Of a stretch of 32,000 nt of DNA, positions 1 to 8,029 are shown in pieces. Source of the DNA: Cylindrospermopsis raciborskii Cr2010 (lineage in GTDB: Bacteria; Cyanobacteriota; Cyanobacteriia; Cyanobacteriales; Nostocaceae); the NCBI RefSeq assembly GCF_003367075.2, contig NZ_CP065936.1:1590001-1622000 (forward strand), written 5' to 3'. Position 1 is the first letter of the stretch; each line of letters begins with the position of its first letter. The position numbers and the translations under genes are program-made. Under the pieces are notes generated by a model. The model ran no database searches and was not told where the DNA came from. It was given only the letters and a program-made list of their open reading frames with translations.

Positions 1-1
1 G

Positions 2-1540
2 TCCTTAATGGTAACTTATAACATTGGCAGATTGCCAGTTTTAGAAAATGGTAATTTAGTGGGTATTGTCACCAGAACTGACCTTCTCAGACAACTGCAC
101 CAACTGGAAATTAAAAATTTGCCATTAGCACCACAGAGTAATGGTCAGGAATTAGATTCAATTAAGTTAAACCTGGAATTAGAACATCGACTTGCTCCCC
201 AATTTTGGCAATTATTAACTAGAGCATCCCAAGCAGCGCAAGCAAGAGGTTGGCATTTGTATTTAGTTGGTGGGGCGGTTAGGGATTTGCTATTAGAGAA
301 TGATCCAAGCAACCAATTAATGCTCCATGATATTGACCTAGTAGTAGATGGTTTTCATCAAAGTGCAGATGTGGGAGCTGGAGTAGAATTAGCCAGGGAG
401 CTACAGCAAATTTATCAAAATAGCCGTTTAGAAATTCATGGAGCATTTCAAACTGCGGCGTTATTGTGGCATAAAGATCCGGAATTAGATTGTTTATGGG
501 TAGATATTGCCACAGCTAGAACAGAATTTTATCCTTATCCTGCAGCAAATCCAGAAGTAGAAGCCAGTTCCATTCGGCAAGATTTATATAGAAGAGACTT
601 TACAATTAATGCCATGGCACTAAGATTAACATCTCCCCACTGTGGTGAATTACTAGATTTTTTTGGTGGATTAATAGATTTAAGATCCCGAAAAATTAGA
701 GTTTTGCACCCCAATAGTTTTATTGAAGATCCCACCCGAATTTATCGAGGAGTGCGGTTTGCCATCAGGTTTGGTTTTGCCATTGAACAGCGAACTGCTG
801 AGTACATCCATTATGCCATTAATAGTGGTGTTTATGATAGAACAGTGCAAGAAAATATCAAAACACCAGCTTTGCATACTCGATTGAAAGCTGAATTAAA
901 ACTGATTTTACAAGCACCCTATTGGCAATCGGCTTTAAAATTATTAGATCAGTTAGGAGCTTTACAATGTATTCATTATACCTGTAATTTAAATTATGGC
1001 ATCTTGCGAGAATTGGTTTTATTGGAAAAACTATTGAAAATTCAAGACAGATTTTGGCAACCAGCTCAACAATTACCACCTACTTGGTTAATACGGTTAG
1101 AGATATTAATTAGCAGCTTAGAACCAGAGTATGGAAGTAAGGTGGCAGAAAACTTACAATTATCAGACAGCAGTGTAAATAGACTCAAGAAGCTGGGAGC
1201 AGCACAGGTAGAAATAAATAGAGAGTTGCCAAATTGTGAATTAGCCAGTGCAATATTTAACCTACTACAAAAATATGACTCCGGAACTTTAATGTTGATA
1301 GCTGTAAAAAGTTCCCGAGAGATTAGAAGAAAAATCTGGTATTATTGGAGGGATTTAGTGCATGTTCAACCTTTATTAAAGGGAGATGACTTAAAAAAAA
1401 TGGGTTACAAACCAGGTCCAATTTTCAAGCATATTTTAGATCATTTATTGATTGCTACTCTGGATGGTAAAATTAAGACTAAGACCCAAGCAATGGAATT
1501 TTTAGCTCAAGCTATAAACTCAGACGAATCCAGTTTTTAA
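2..1540 (+). CDS. C-terminal part of a CBS-domain / poly(A) polymerase-family tRNA nucleotidyltransferase (CCA-adding type), 5' truncated by the window edge
   Basis: The frame is open from nt 2 with no stop before the ATG at 8, so the gene probably continues upstream. A CBS-like segment (GRLPVLENGNLVGIVTRTDLL) is followed by nucleotidyltransferase head motifs (LYLVGGAVRDLLL, DIDLVV, RRDFTINAMA). Confidence 0.8.
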   Translation, partial: SLMVTYNIGRLPVLENGNLVGIVTRTDLLRQLHQLEIKNLPLAPQSNGQELDSIKLNLELEHRLAPQFWQLLTRASQAAQARGWHLYLVGGAVRDLLLENDPSNQLMLHDIDLVVDGFHQSADVGAGVELARELQQIYQNSRLEIHGAFQTAALLWHKDPELDCLWVDIATARTEFYPYPAANPEVEASSIRQDLYRRDFTINAMALRLTSPHCGELLDFFGGLIDLRSRKIRVLHPNSFIEDPTRIYRGVRFAIRFGFAIEQRTAEYIHYAINSGVYDRTVQENIKTPALHTRLKAELKLILQAPYWQSALKLLDQLGALQCIHYTCNLNYGILRELVLLEKLLKIQDRFWQPAQQLPPTWLIRLEILISSLEPEYGSKVAENLQLSDSSVNRLKKLGAAQVEINRELPNCELASAIFNLLQKYDSGTLMLIAVKSSREIRRKIWYYWRDLVHVQPLLKGDDLKKMGYKPGPIFKHILDHLLIATLDGKIKTKTQAMEFLAQAINSDESSF

Positions 1541-1566
1541 AAACTAGATTTACTACACTATGACCT

Positions 1567-2163
1567 ATGACAGAATTGAGTGGCATAATTTTGGCGGGTG
1601 GTAAAAGTTCTAGAATGGGCAAAGACAAAGCTCTAATTCCCATTGGGGGAGTCCCTTTGTTAGAAAAGGTCTATCATGTGGCTAAAAGTTGTACTAACAA
1701 GATATATGTGGTCACACCCTGGGTGGAAAGATATGAAGATCTATATTTACCAGGATGTGAATTTATTCAAGAGGACCCAAACCATACCCAAGGTCCCCTA
1801 GTAGGTTTTGCTAGGGGAATGGAAAAAACAGTCACAGAATGGGTTTTGTTATTAGCTTGTGATTTACCAAATTTGCAAATTCCAGTTTTCCAAGATTGGG
1901 TACAGGAATTGGACAATACACAACCCCAAAATATTGCCTGGTTAGCGAAAAACGATTATGGTTGGGAACCTCTTTGCGGTTTCTATCGCACTAGTTGTTT
2001 ACCCCTACTTTTGGATTTTATTAATCAAGGAGGGCGTTCTTTTCAAGGGTGGCTCAAACTATATCCAGTTGCTACTCTACCCCTATCAACACCACATATA
2101 TTGTTTAACTGCAATACTCCTGATGATTTAAGGATGGTAACTAAAGAAGATGAACTGGAATAA
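1567..2163 (+). CDS. mobA: molybdenum cofactor guanylyltransferase (MobA-like)
   Basis: 198 aa. The N-terminal GIILAGGKSSRMGKDKALIP motif and the LLACDLP motif are typical of MobA-type NTP transferases. Confidence 0.8.
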   Translation: MTELSGIILAGGKSSRMGKDKALIPIGGVPLLEKVYHVAKSCTNKIYVVTPWVERYEDLYLPGCEFIQEDPNHTQGPLVGFARGMEKTVTEWVLLLACDLPNLQIPVFQDWVQELDNTQPQNIAWLAKNDYGWEPLCGFYRTSCLPLLLDFINQGGRSFQGWLKLYPVATLPLSTPHILFNCNTPDDLRMVTKEDELE

Positions 2164-2166
2164 TAC

Positions 2167-3120
2167 CTATTCTTGAGTGGTTAGGGTATTTTTTCTAGGT
2201 GGATTATTTCTGGTGTTCAAACTACGAAAATATAAACCACCAACAGTAGTTAACAACAGTAAGTATCCCATTCCTTGTACTAAGTAGAGCTTATCCGTAT
2301 AACCAAATAAGGATTTGAAAATAATTCCCGGAAATTTTTCATCGGGTAATATTGAACTGGAGTTCCAAACTAATGGACCCAAAATGCAAGAATGGATTTT
2401 GGTAAAGTGTTCATAGTAAAAACAAAGATTTTCTGATGCACGACTACTAAGAGCTAAACTAGCAATTGCATCATCAAAATGTCCCAGTCCAGAAACTAAT
2501 AGTCCCCCAACTATTAAAACTAATAAAATTCCCATGACTTGGAAAAATCTCCCAATGTTAATTCTTACACCCAGTTTAAACAACAAAACCCCAATTCCTG
2601 CTGCTGTTGCTAAACCGCCAATTGCTCCCATGGTTGGCAACAACCCTTGTTGAAAATTAGCAGCTATAAATAAAACTGTCTCAAAACCTTCACGGACTAC
2701 GGCAATTAGTACTAAACTGAAAATTCCTAAACCAGCATTGTTGTTTTTAGTTAAAGCCTGTTTGACCGCTACCTCAACTTGTGATTTGAGAAATTTAGCC
2801 TGTTGGGTCATCCAAATTAGCATCCAACTGAGCATGATGATAGCTAGTATGCTAAATATTCCCTCCAAAATCGGTTCAACTATACTGGTGTATTCCGGAT
2901 TAACAGATCCTAAAAATTTAATTAGTCCGGTAAATAAAATACCGATTAAACCACTCACAATAATACCAACTACCACGCCCGCATAAACCCAAATATTCAA
3001 TTGAGATTGTTTGGACTTATTTAATAAGGCTAGGACAATACCAACTACTAAAGCAGCTTCTACGCCTTCCCGTAGGGTAATCACAAATGTAGGTAGAGCA
3101 ACACTAAAATTCATTGTCAA
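2167..3120 (-). CDS. FTR1/EfeU-family high-affinity iron permease
   Basis: Polytopic membrane protein with two REXXE motifs (REGVE near the N-terminus, REGFE mid-protein), the hallmark of FTR1 permeases. Confidence 0.8.
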   Translation of the reverse strand: MTMNFSVALPTFVITLREGVEAALVVGIVLALLNKSKQSQLNIWVYAGVVVGIIVSGLIGILFTGLIKFLGSVNPEYTSIVEPILEGIFSILAIIMLSWMLIWMTQQAKFLKSQVEVAVKQALTKNNNAGLGIFSLVLIAVVREGFETVLFIAANFQQGLLPTMGAIGGLATAAGIGVLLFKLGVRINIGRFFQVMGILLVLIVGGLLVSGLGHFDDAIASLALSSRASENLCFYYEHFTKIHSCILGPLVWNSSSILPDEKFPGIIFKSLFGYTDKLYLVQGMGYLLLLTTVGGLYFRSLNTRNNPPRKNTLTTQE

Positions 3121-3152
3121 TTAATTTAATTAATAAGGTTTTCATGGATATT

Positions 3153-3180
3153 AAAGATACCCAACTTATTGGGTATCTTT
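3153..3180 (-). terminator. intercistronic stem-loop between the ferritin-like gene and the FTR1 permease (attenuator, terminator or RNA stability element)
   Basis: Perfect inverted repeat aaagataccca / tgggtatcttt extends to a 12-bp stem with a 4-nt loop. It lies 7 nt after the upstream stop and 33 nt before the FTR1 start. No clean U-run follows on the minus strand. Confidence 0.45.
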
Positions 3181-3186
3181 ATTCTA

Positions 3187-3621
3187 TTAACTGAAGTCTC
3201 GGAGCATCTTTTTGAGTTCGAGATTATGCATCTCTTCCTGTCCAATCATGTTCCGGGCAAACTCTTCTAAATAAATACTAGCATCAGTAACATTCTTTAG
3301 AAGTGATTTGTACATATCCAGTGCTTTTCCTTCATGGATTAAACTTTCTTGCAAGATATCCTTGACGCTATGCTTGAAGGTTTCTTCCATGGGAGCAATT
3401 CTGAGAGTCGGATGTCCATCTAAACCGGTTAAAATTTCTCCTACTTGTTGTGCATGCACTAGAGATTCGCTGGCTTGAGCTTTAAAAAAAGCAACTATTG
3501 GCAAGCGATTTGGTCCAGTGACCATCAAGGAATAATGGGTGTAGCGCACTACTCCAGCTAGTTCAAATTCCATGATGGTGTTGAGAATGTCAATTGTCTT
3601 TGGGTGATCTAGTTCGCGCAT
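3187..3621 (-). CDS. ferritin-like / bacterioferritin-family protein
   Basis: 144 aa four-helix-bundle-like sequence. Di-iron ligand patterns resemble Bfr (FELAG..RY, ESLVH, HEGKAL, QEEMH). The first E..H spacing is E-x3-H rather than the E-x2-H I recall for E. coli Bfr. Confidence 0.6.
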   Translation of the reverse strand: MRELDHPKTIDILNTIMEFELAGVVRYTHYSLMVTGPNRLPIVAFFKAQASESLVHAQQVGEILTGLDGHPTLRIAPMEETFKHSVKDILQESLIHEGKALDMYKSLLKNVTDASIYLEEFARNMIGQEEMHNLELKKMLRDFS

Positions 3622-3642
3622 TGGTTGTAGAGATAAGAAAAA

Positions 3643-3655
3643 TGAAAATTTGTCA
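3643..3655. promoter_or_regulatory. AT-rich 6-1-6 palindrome, possible Fur-type operator upstream of the ferritin-like/FTR1 genes
   Basis: TGAAAATTTGTCA matches its reverse complement except for one symmetric pair. It lies 22-34 nt upstream of the start codon at 3621, inside a GATAAGAAAAATGAAAATTTGTCA stretch reminiscent of Fur boxes. Confidence 0.25.
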
Positions 3656-3781
3656 GGACTTGAGTGAGCAGTTATACGGTTTTTAACTGAACTATCTGGA
3701 TGAAGTTGCTAACTTTTTCCCTCTTTTTTTCACTTAATTCCTTATTCTAGATGGTTTTTCCTGGCTAAACTAGCTTACAGA

Positions 3782-4090
3782 TTACATCATAGTGAAAAAT
3801 TTGGCATTTTCTTCTATGGTTTTAACCAGTGAGCTCACTTGCTCGGGAGTTTTCACTATCTGATTAGGTGGGATAGCAGAAGGCCAAACTTGTAGCAGTT
3901 CAGTTAGAGCTGTATCTATGGCTTTTTGTGCTTCCGGATTCACTGTTGCCATTTGTGGGGAAACACCCTGATATAGTTCATGGGAGTAGATGACGAAACC
4001 ACGGGAATCTTGATACTCTATGGGGGCGGTGATTTTGTTTTTAGCTACCGCTGCTTCATATTCTAAACTATTATAACTATTTACAAATAT
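3782..4090 (-). pseudogene. start-less open frame of 102 sense codons: gene remnant, frameshifted gene or non-canonical start
   Basis: The minus-strand frame is open from the stop at 4091-4093 to the TAA at 3782-3784. It reads as ordinary protein (..YEAAVAKNKITAPIEYQDSRGFVIYSHELYQGVSPQMATVNPEAQKAIDTALTELLQVWPSAIPPNQIVKTPEQVSSLVKTIEENAKFFTMM). The first ATG/GTG/TTG is at 3952, leaving 56 aa, which is why it is absent from the ORF track. A 21-codon ORF (4142..4077, MFSNGNNCHLKLSHQTINICK) lies just upstream, offset by one nt. Confidence 0.3.
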
Positions 4091-4314
4091 TTATGGTTTG
4101 ATGTGAAAGTTTCAGGTGGCAATTGTTTCCATTAGAAAACATTCTAAAAATATCCTAAAATTCTGTCAAAATATCCTCCCATATGGCATTGTGAAAATAA
4201 GCAAAATATAGTTTCCTGTAAATTTGATGTCTCTTTTGATATCTCTTGAGTTTGTAATTGTATTGCCCAGTATTGCTTAACCTAGTATCAAAAAAACAAA
4301 AATCCGGGGTTTTT

Positions 4315-5238
4315 ATGCATATACCAGATGGATTTATTTCAGTACCAGTAGCAACAACTACTAGTTTAGCTAGTGCAGCTGCATTATTTATATCATTCAG
4401 GCGATCGCAAACTGCCTTTGGAGTACGTCGAGCTCCCTTATTAGGACTAACCACAGCCTTTATATTTGCTGCGCAAATGGTGAATTTTCCCGTAGCTGGA
4501 GGTACGAGTGGACACCTTTCAGGTGCTGCATTAGGAGCAATAATTTTAGGCAGTCCTTGGGCGGGAATTCTCTGTTTAGGGACGGTTTTGATTATTCAAG
4601 CTGTGTTGTTTGCCGATGGTGGAATTACTGCTTTAGGAGCTAACATTTTAAACTTAGGAGTAATTGGGGTTTGGGTAGCATGGATATTAACCCAGACTTT
4701 ACAGCGTTTGCTGGGTGGTTCTGTACAACGTTTACCCCTAGCAGCAGGTATAGCAGCAGGAATTAGTGTAGTAGTATCAGCGATCGCCTGTGCTATTGAG
4801 TTAGCGATTTCTGGGACAGCACCGGTGAATTTAGTCTTACCTACAATGACGGGTATACATATTCTAATTGGTATAGGGGAAGGATTAATTACCGGGGGTG
4901 TACTAGCGTATTTAGCCAGATCACGTCCAGACTTACTACCAGGAGAGGAAGAGAAATTTCGGGGTTGGTTAATACCAGTGGTGAGCATTTTGCTGATTGC
5001 TGGAGTTATATCCTTGTTTGCTTCCGCATGGCCAGATGGCTTAGAAAAAGCAGCGGAGAATTTAGGGTTTATTAAATTGGCCGAAGAAGTCAGAATTGTG
5101 GTACCCACCCCCTTTGCTGATTATGAAATTAACGGATTAGGGCAAATTGGTACAAGCATTACTGGTTTGTTAGGTGCAGCATCTTGCTTTGCCGTAGCCT
5201 TTGGGATTGCTAAGGTGATTAAACCCAAAAATGCTTAA
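4315..5238 (+). CDS. cbiM: ECF-type cobalt/nickel transporter substrate component CbiM with a fused C-terminal PDGLE domain
   Basis: The ATG at 4315 gives the canonical MHIPDGF N-terminus; the ORF track start at 4258 adds 19 unlikely residues. It is a multi-pass membrane protein. The C-terminal extension carries a literal PDGLE motif (SAWPDGLEKAAENLGF) followed by one more TM segment. Confidence 0.8.
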   Translation: MHIPDGFISVPVATTTSLASAAALFISFRRSQTAFGVRRAPLLGLTTAFIFAAQMVNFPVAGGTSGHLSGAALGAIILGSPWAGILCLGTVLIIQAVLFADGGITALGANILNLGVIGVWVAWILTQTLQRLLGGSVQRLPLAAGIAAGISVVVSAIACAIELAISGTAPVNLVLPTMTGIHILIGIGEGLITGGVLAYLARSRPDLLPGEEEKFRGWLIPVVSILLIAGVISLFASAWPDGLEKAAENLGFIKLAEEVRIVVPTPFADYEINGLGQIGTSITGLLGAASCFAVAFGIAKVIKPKNA

Positions 5239-5878
5239 AATATCCTTGCCATTACGCTTACAACTATCCTTAATTGTAGTCATCGGAACGGCTTTTTTAA
5301 AGTATCACAGTTGGCTGCAATTATACATTTATGGAGCGATCGCTCTAGTATGGGTGGTGATATTAGGGGTAGAGATAGTGAAACTGGGTGGGTTACTGGG
5401 TGGGGAATTAATTTTCCTGTGTTTGGTAGCATTACCCCTAGGGTGGGAAAAGGCCAGTTTTTTATTAGTTCGTTCTCTGATTTGTTTAATAGTGATGAAC
5501 AGCTTTTTACTTACCCTACCACCCCACAGTTTTGGCATTGCGCTCAAAGGATTACCCATTCCTCTAGTATTAAAAGAAAATTTACTCCTAGCAGGACAAT
5601 ACCTAGAAATTCTGCTGGCCGAAATTCACCGGATGCAGCGCGGTGCCCAACTGCGTGGTTTAAGTGGTACTAGGGGATGGTTACGTTATGCTAGTGCGGC
5701 TATGATTGGTGCTTTGTATTTAAGGACTTTAGAAAGAGCAGAGCGAGTTTATGCTGCTATGATTACCCGTGGTTACAACGGTCAACTTCCCATGGATTTC
5801 CAACCTAAACCACAAGAACTTTTGACAATTATTTTAGTAATTGTTATTGCTAGTTATATCACTGTTAGTTCATATTAA
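5231..5878 (+). CDS. cbiQ: ECF transporter transmembrane (T) component CbiQ
   Basis: The start overlaps the cbiM stop (ATGCTTAA). It is a hydrophobic 215-aa protein sitting between cbiM and an ABC ATPase. The RGAQLRG..R motif region is typical of CbiQ/EcfT. Confidence 0.7.
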   Translation: MLKISLPLRLQLSLIVVIGTAFLKYHSWLQLYIYGAIALVWVVILGVEIVKLGGLLGGELIFLCLVALPLGWEKASFLLVRSLICLIVMNSFLLTLPPHSFGIALKGLPIPLVLKENLLLAGQYLEILLAEIHRMQRGAQLRGLSGTRGWLRYASAAMIGALYLRTLERAERVYAAMITRGYNGQLPMDFQPKPQELLTIILVIVIASYITVSSY

Positions 5879-5889
5879 AGTAATAAGTT

Positions 5890-6654
5890 TTGACATCCTT
5901 AACCTCCTATTCTTCCATAACCCACTTGTTTCCTGAGACCCTTGTCCTAGAAGTGAAAAGTCTAGTGTATGCTTATACAAATAAGTGTACAATCTTAAAA
6001 AATATTTCATTTAAATTAAAAACAGGCGATCGCGTGGCTTTAATTGGTGCTACTGGTTCAGGGAAAAGTACTCTTTTAGAAAACCTAATTGGGTTAAAGT
6101 ATCCCCAGAGTGGCACAATTACCATCAATGGGGTTCCGGTGGAGCCAAATACCGTAGCAAAAATACGTAAACAAATTGGATTTGTCTTTCAGGATGCCAA
6201 TGATCAACTGTTTATGCCAACAGTATTAGAAGATATTACCTTTGGACCACTCAACTATGGTGTTGCACCAGTGGTAGCTAAAGAAAAGGCCAGACAACTA
6301 CTAGCTGATTTTGGTTTAGAAAAATATGCCCATCGTTCCCATCATGAACTATCTGGAGGTCAAAGACGTTTAGCTGCAATTGCATCAGTATTAGCTTTAG
6401 AGCCAGAAATCTTGATTTTAGACGAACCAACCACCGGACTAGATCCTGCATGGAGAAGACATTTAGCCCAAGTCCTATTAAAATTGCCCATACAGGTTCT
6501 GTTAATTGCTTCCCATGACTTAAACTGGTTGGGTAAAGTCACCCAACGTGCGTTAGTGCTAACAGATGGTAAAATTCAAATAGACCGTCCAATTCAACCC
6601 CTGTTAGCAGATGGTAAAACTCTAGATGACTTGGGTTTACCGGTAGGTTGGTGA
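5890..6654 (+). CDS. cbiO: ECF transporter ATPase CbiO
   Basis: Walker A GATGSGKST, signature LSGGQRR, Walker B ILILDEPT and H-loop ASHD are all present. There is no in-frame ATG near the 5' end, so the start is TTG at 5890 or GTG at 5953. Confidence 0.85.
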   Translation: MTSLTSYSSITHLFPETLVLEVKSLVYAYTNKCTILKNISFKLKTGDRVALIGATGSGKSTLLENLIGLKYPQSGTITINGVPVEPNTVAKIRKQIGFVFQDANDQLFMPTVLEDITFGPLNYGVAPVVAKEKARQLLADFGLEKYAHRSHHELSGGQRRLAAIASVLALEPEILILDEPTTGLDPAWRRHLAQVLLKLPIQVLLIASHDLNWLGKVTQRALVLTDGKIQIDRPIQPLLADGKTLDDLGLPVGW

Positions 6655-6702
6655 GAGAAGCAGAAGAAGAAACAGATAAAAACTATTTTATCCCTATAAA
6701 TT

Positions 6703-7164
6703 ATGCGTAAGAGTATGGCATGCCTTTGTCTATATATAGGTTTTCTGGTCACCGGTTGTACTCAGAGTAAAGTCTCCCAGTGTCAACAATTATTAGAAGC
6801 TGTGAGTGAGGGTAGTATGATGATTGATCAAAGTAAGGGTTCTCAAATTGCAACCAGTTTAAAACTAGCGCAAGACTTGGGAAACACGAGTAAAGCAATT
6901 AAAAAATTGCACCTAACCGATCCACAACTGCAAAAATTCCAGAGTGACCTGGGCCAAAATTTTGCTGGTCTTAGCCATTACATTGGTAAAGCTGCTAAAT
7001 CTCTTAGTGAAGCAAAGAAAACATTAAACTCCCCATCTGGACAAGAAAAAATTAGGTACGCTAAAAGGGGAATAGAGTCATCCTTAACTACAGCAGAAGC
7101 AGCTGGTAAGCAATTAGACACTTTGGGAAACAAATTAAACAAGTACTGCAACCCAAACAAATAA
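6703..7164 (+). CDS. predicted lipoprotein, unknown function
   Basis: Signal peptide with a lipobox (FLVTGC), followed by a helical, Lys/Gln-rich 130-aa body. No motif I recognise. Confidence 0.55.
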   Translation: MRKSMACLCLYIGFLVTGCTQSKVSQCQQLLEAVSEGSMMIDQSKGSQIATSLKLAQDLGNTSKAIKKLHLTDPQLQKFQSDLGQNFAGLSHYIGKAAKSLSEAKKTLNSPSGQEKIRYAKRGIESSLTTAEAAGKQLDTLGNKLNKYCNPNK

Positions 7165-7183
7165 AGCGAGTGAACCTGTAATC

Positions 7184-7843
7184 ATGAAAGCAGAAGTAAT
7201 AGAATTAATAGTGAAAGTTATCCAGGTATTACAAATAAATATCAGATGGATGACATGGAACTTATTTTTAGCATTTATCCCCTTAGTTCTAAGTATTTGG
7301 TTATTTCGTGGGAGACAAAAACCATCCTTAGTTTGGTGGCCAGTATTTTTAGTGTTCTATGCTTTTCTACCCAATGCTCCCTACCTATTAACTGATGTCA
7401 TTCATCTGATTGATGACATTCGCAATATTCCATCAATTTGGGTAATTACACTAATCTTAATTCCCACATATTTATTAGTCATCCTGGCTGGATTTCAAGC
7501 TTATGTTATTTCTCTCATTAATTTAGGTCACTATTTGCACCGGATCCAGGGGAGTTCATGGATTCTGCCAGTAGAATTAATTACCCATATACTAAATGCT
7601 GTTGGCATTTATTGGGGCCGTTTCTTACGCTTTAACAGCTGGGATCTAGTTACTCAACCAGATACAATATTAACTAAAGGTATAGAAGAATTACTAGGAA
7701 AACAACCGCTAGTAATTATCCTTATCAGCTTCATAATTCTCTGGGCATTATACTCATTGATGAAACAAATTACCCTAGGAATTATTTCTAGACAAGAAAG
7801 AAAAGTTTCCACTCAAGATAATATCAGGATAGGAAGGCTATAA
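7184..7843 (+). CDS. integral membrane protein, DUF1361-like
   Basis: Several TM segments and the motif NAPYLLTDVIHL, which I associate with DUF1361. The start is uncertain because later in-frame ATGs exist. Confidence 0.55.
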   Translation: MKAEVIELIVKVIQVLQINIRWMTWNLFLAFIPLVLSIWLFRGRQKPSLVWWPVFLVFYAFLPNAPYLLTDVIHLIDDIRNIPSIWVITLILIPTYLLVILAGFQAYVISLINLGHYLHRIQGSSWILPVELITHILNAVGIYWGRFLRFNSWDLVTQPDTILTKGIEELLGKQPLVIILISFIILWALYSLMKQITLGIISRQERKVSTQDNIRIGRL

Positions 7844-8029
7844 AAACCTTAGCAAAAAGTTTATCAAAGCTTTAAAATTTCTGGAGATAAAGTTACTATT
7901 ATAGTCCTGACATAATATATATCAGAGTGAATCTGTTAGTTGATTACACAATAACTACATAATGTCTGCCAAAAATAGACATTAGAAGAATCTCTATATA
8001 TATAGTTTGAATATTAGAGGACTTGTCTA

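Noticed and set aside
4080-4314. Possible cobalamin or NiCo riboswitch upstream of cbiM
   Set aside because: I found no B12-box-like or other conserved GC-rich core. The region is AT-rich with little stable pairing. A covariance-model scan would be needed to exclude one formally.
4155-4454. 99-aa minus-strand ORF overlapping the cbiM start region
   Set aside because: It lies antisense to a gene with strong family motifs (MHIPDG). The translation is low-complexity, and there is no supporting signal.
4596-5108. 170-aa minus-strand ORF inside cbiM
   Set aside because: It is the antisense shadow of a GC-richer membrane-protein gene. Its Pro/Ala/Ser-rich translation is typical of spurious antisense frames.
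5311-5673. 120-aa plus-strand ORF in an alternative frame of cbiQ
   Set aside because: It overlaps cbiQ entirely. The cbiQ frame is hydrophobic with translational coupling to cbiM, whereas the alternative frame looks random.
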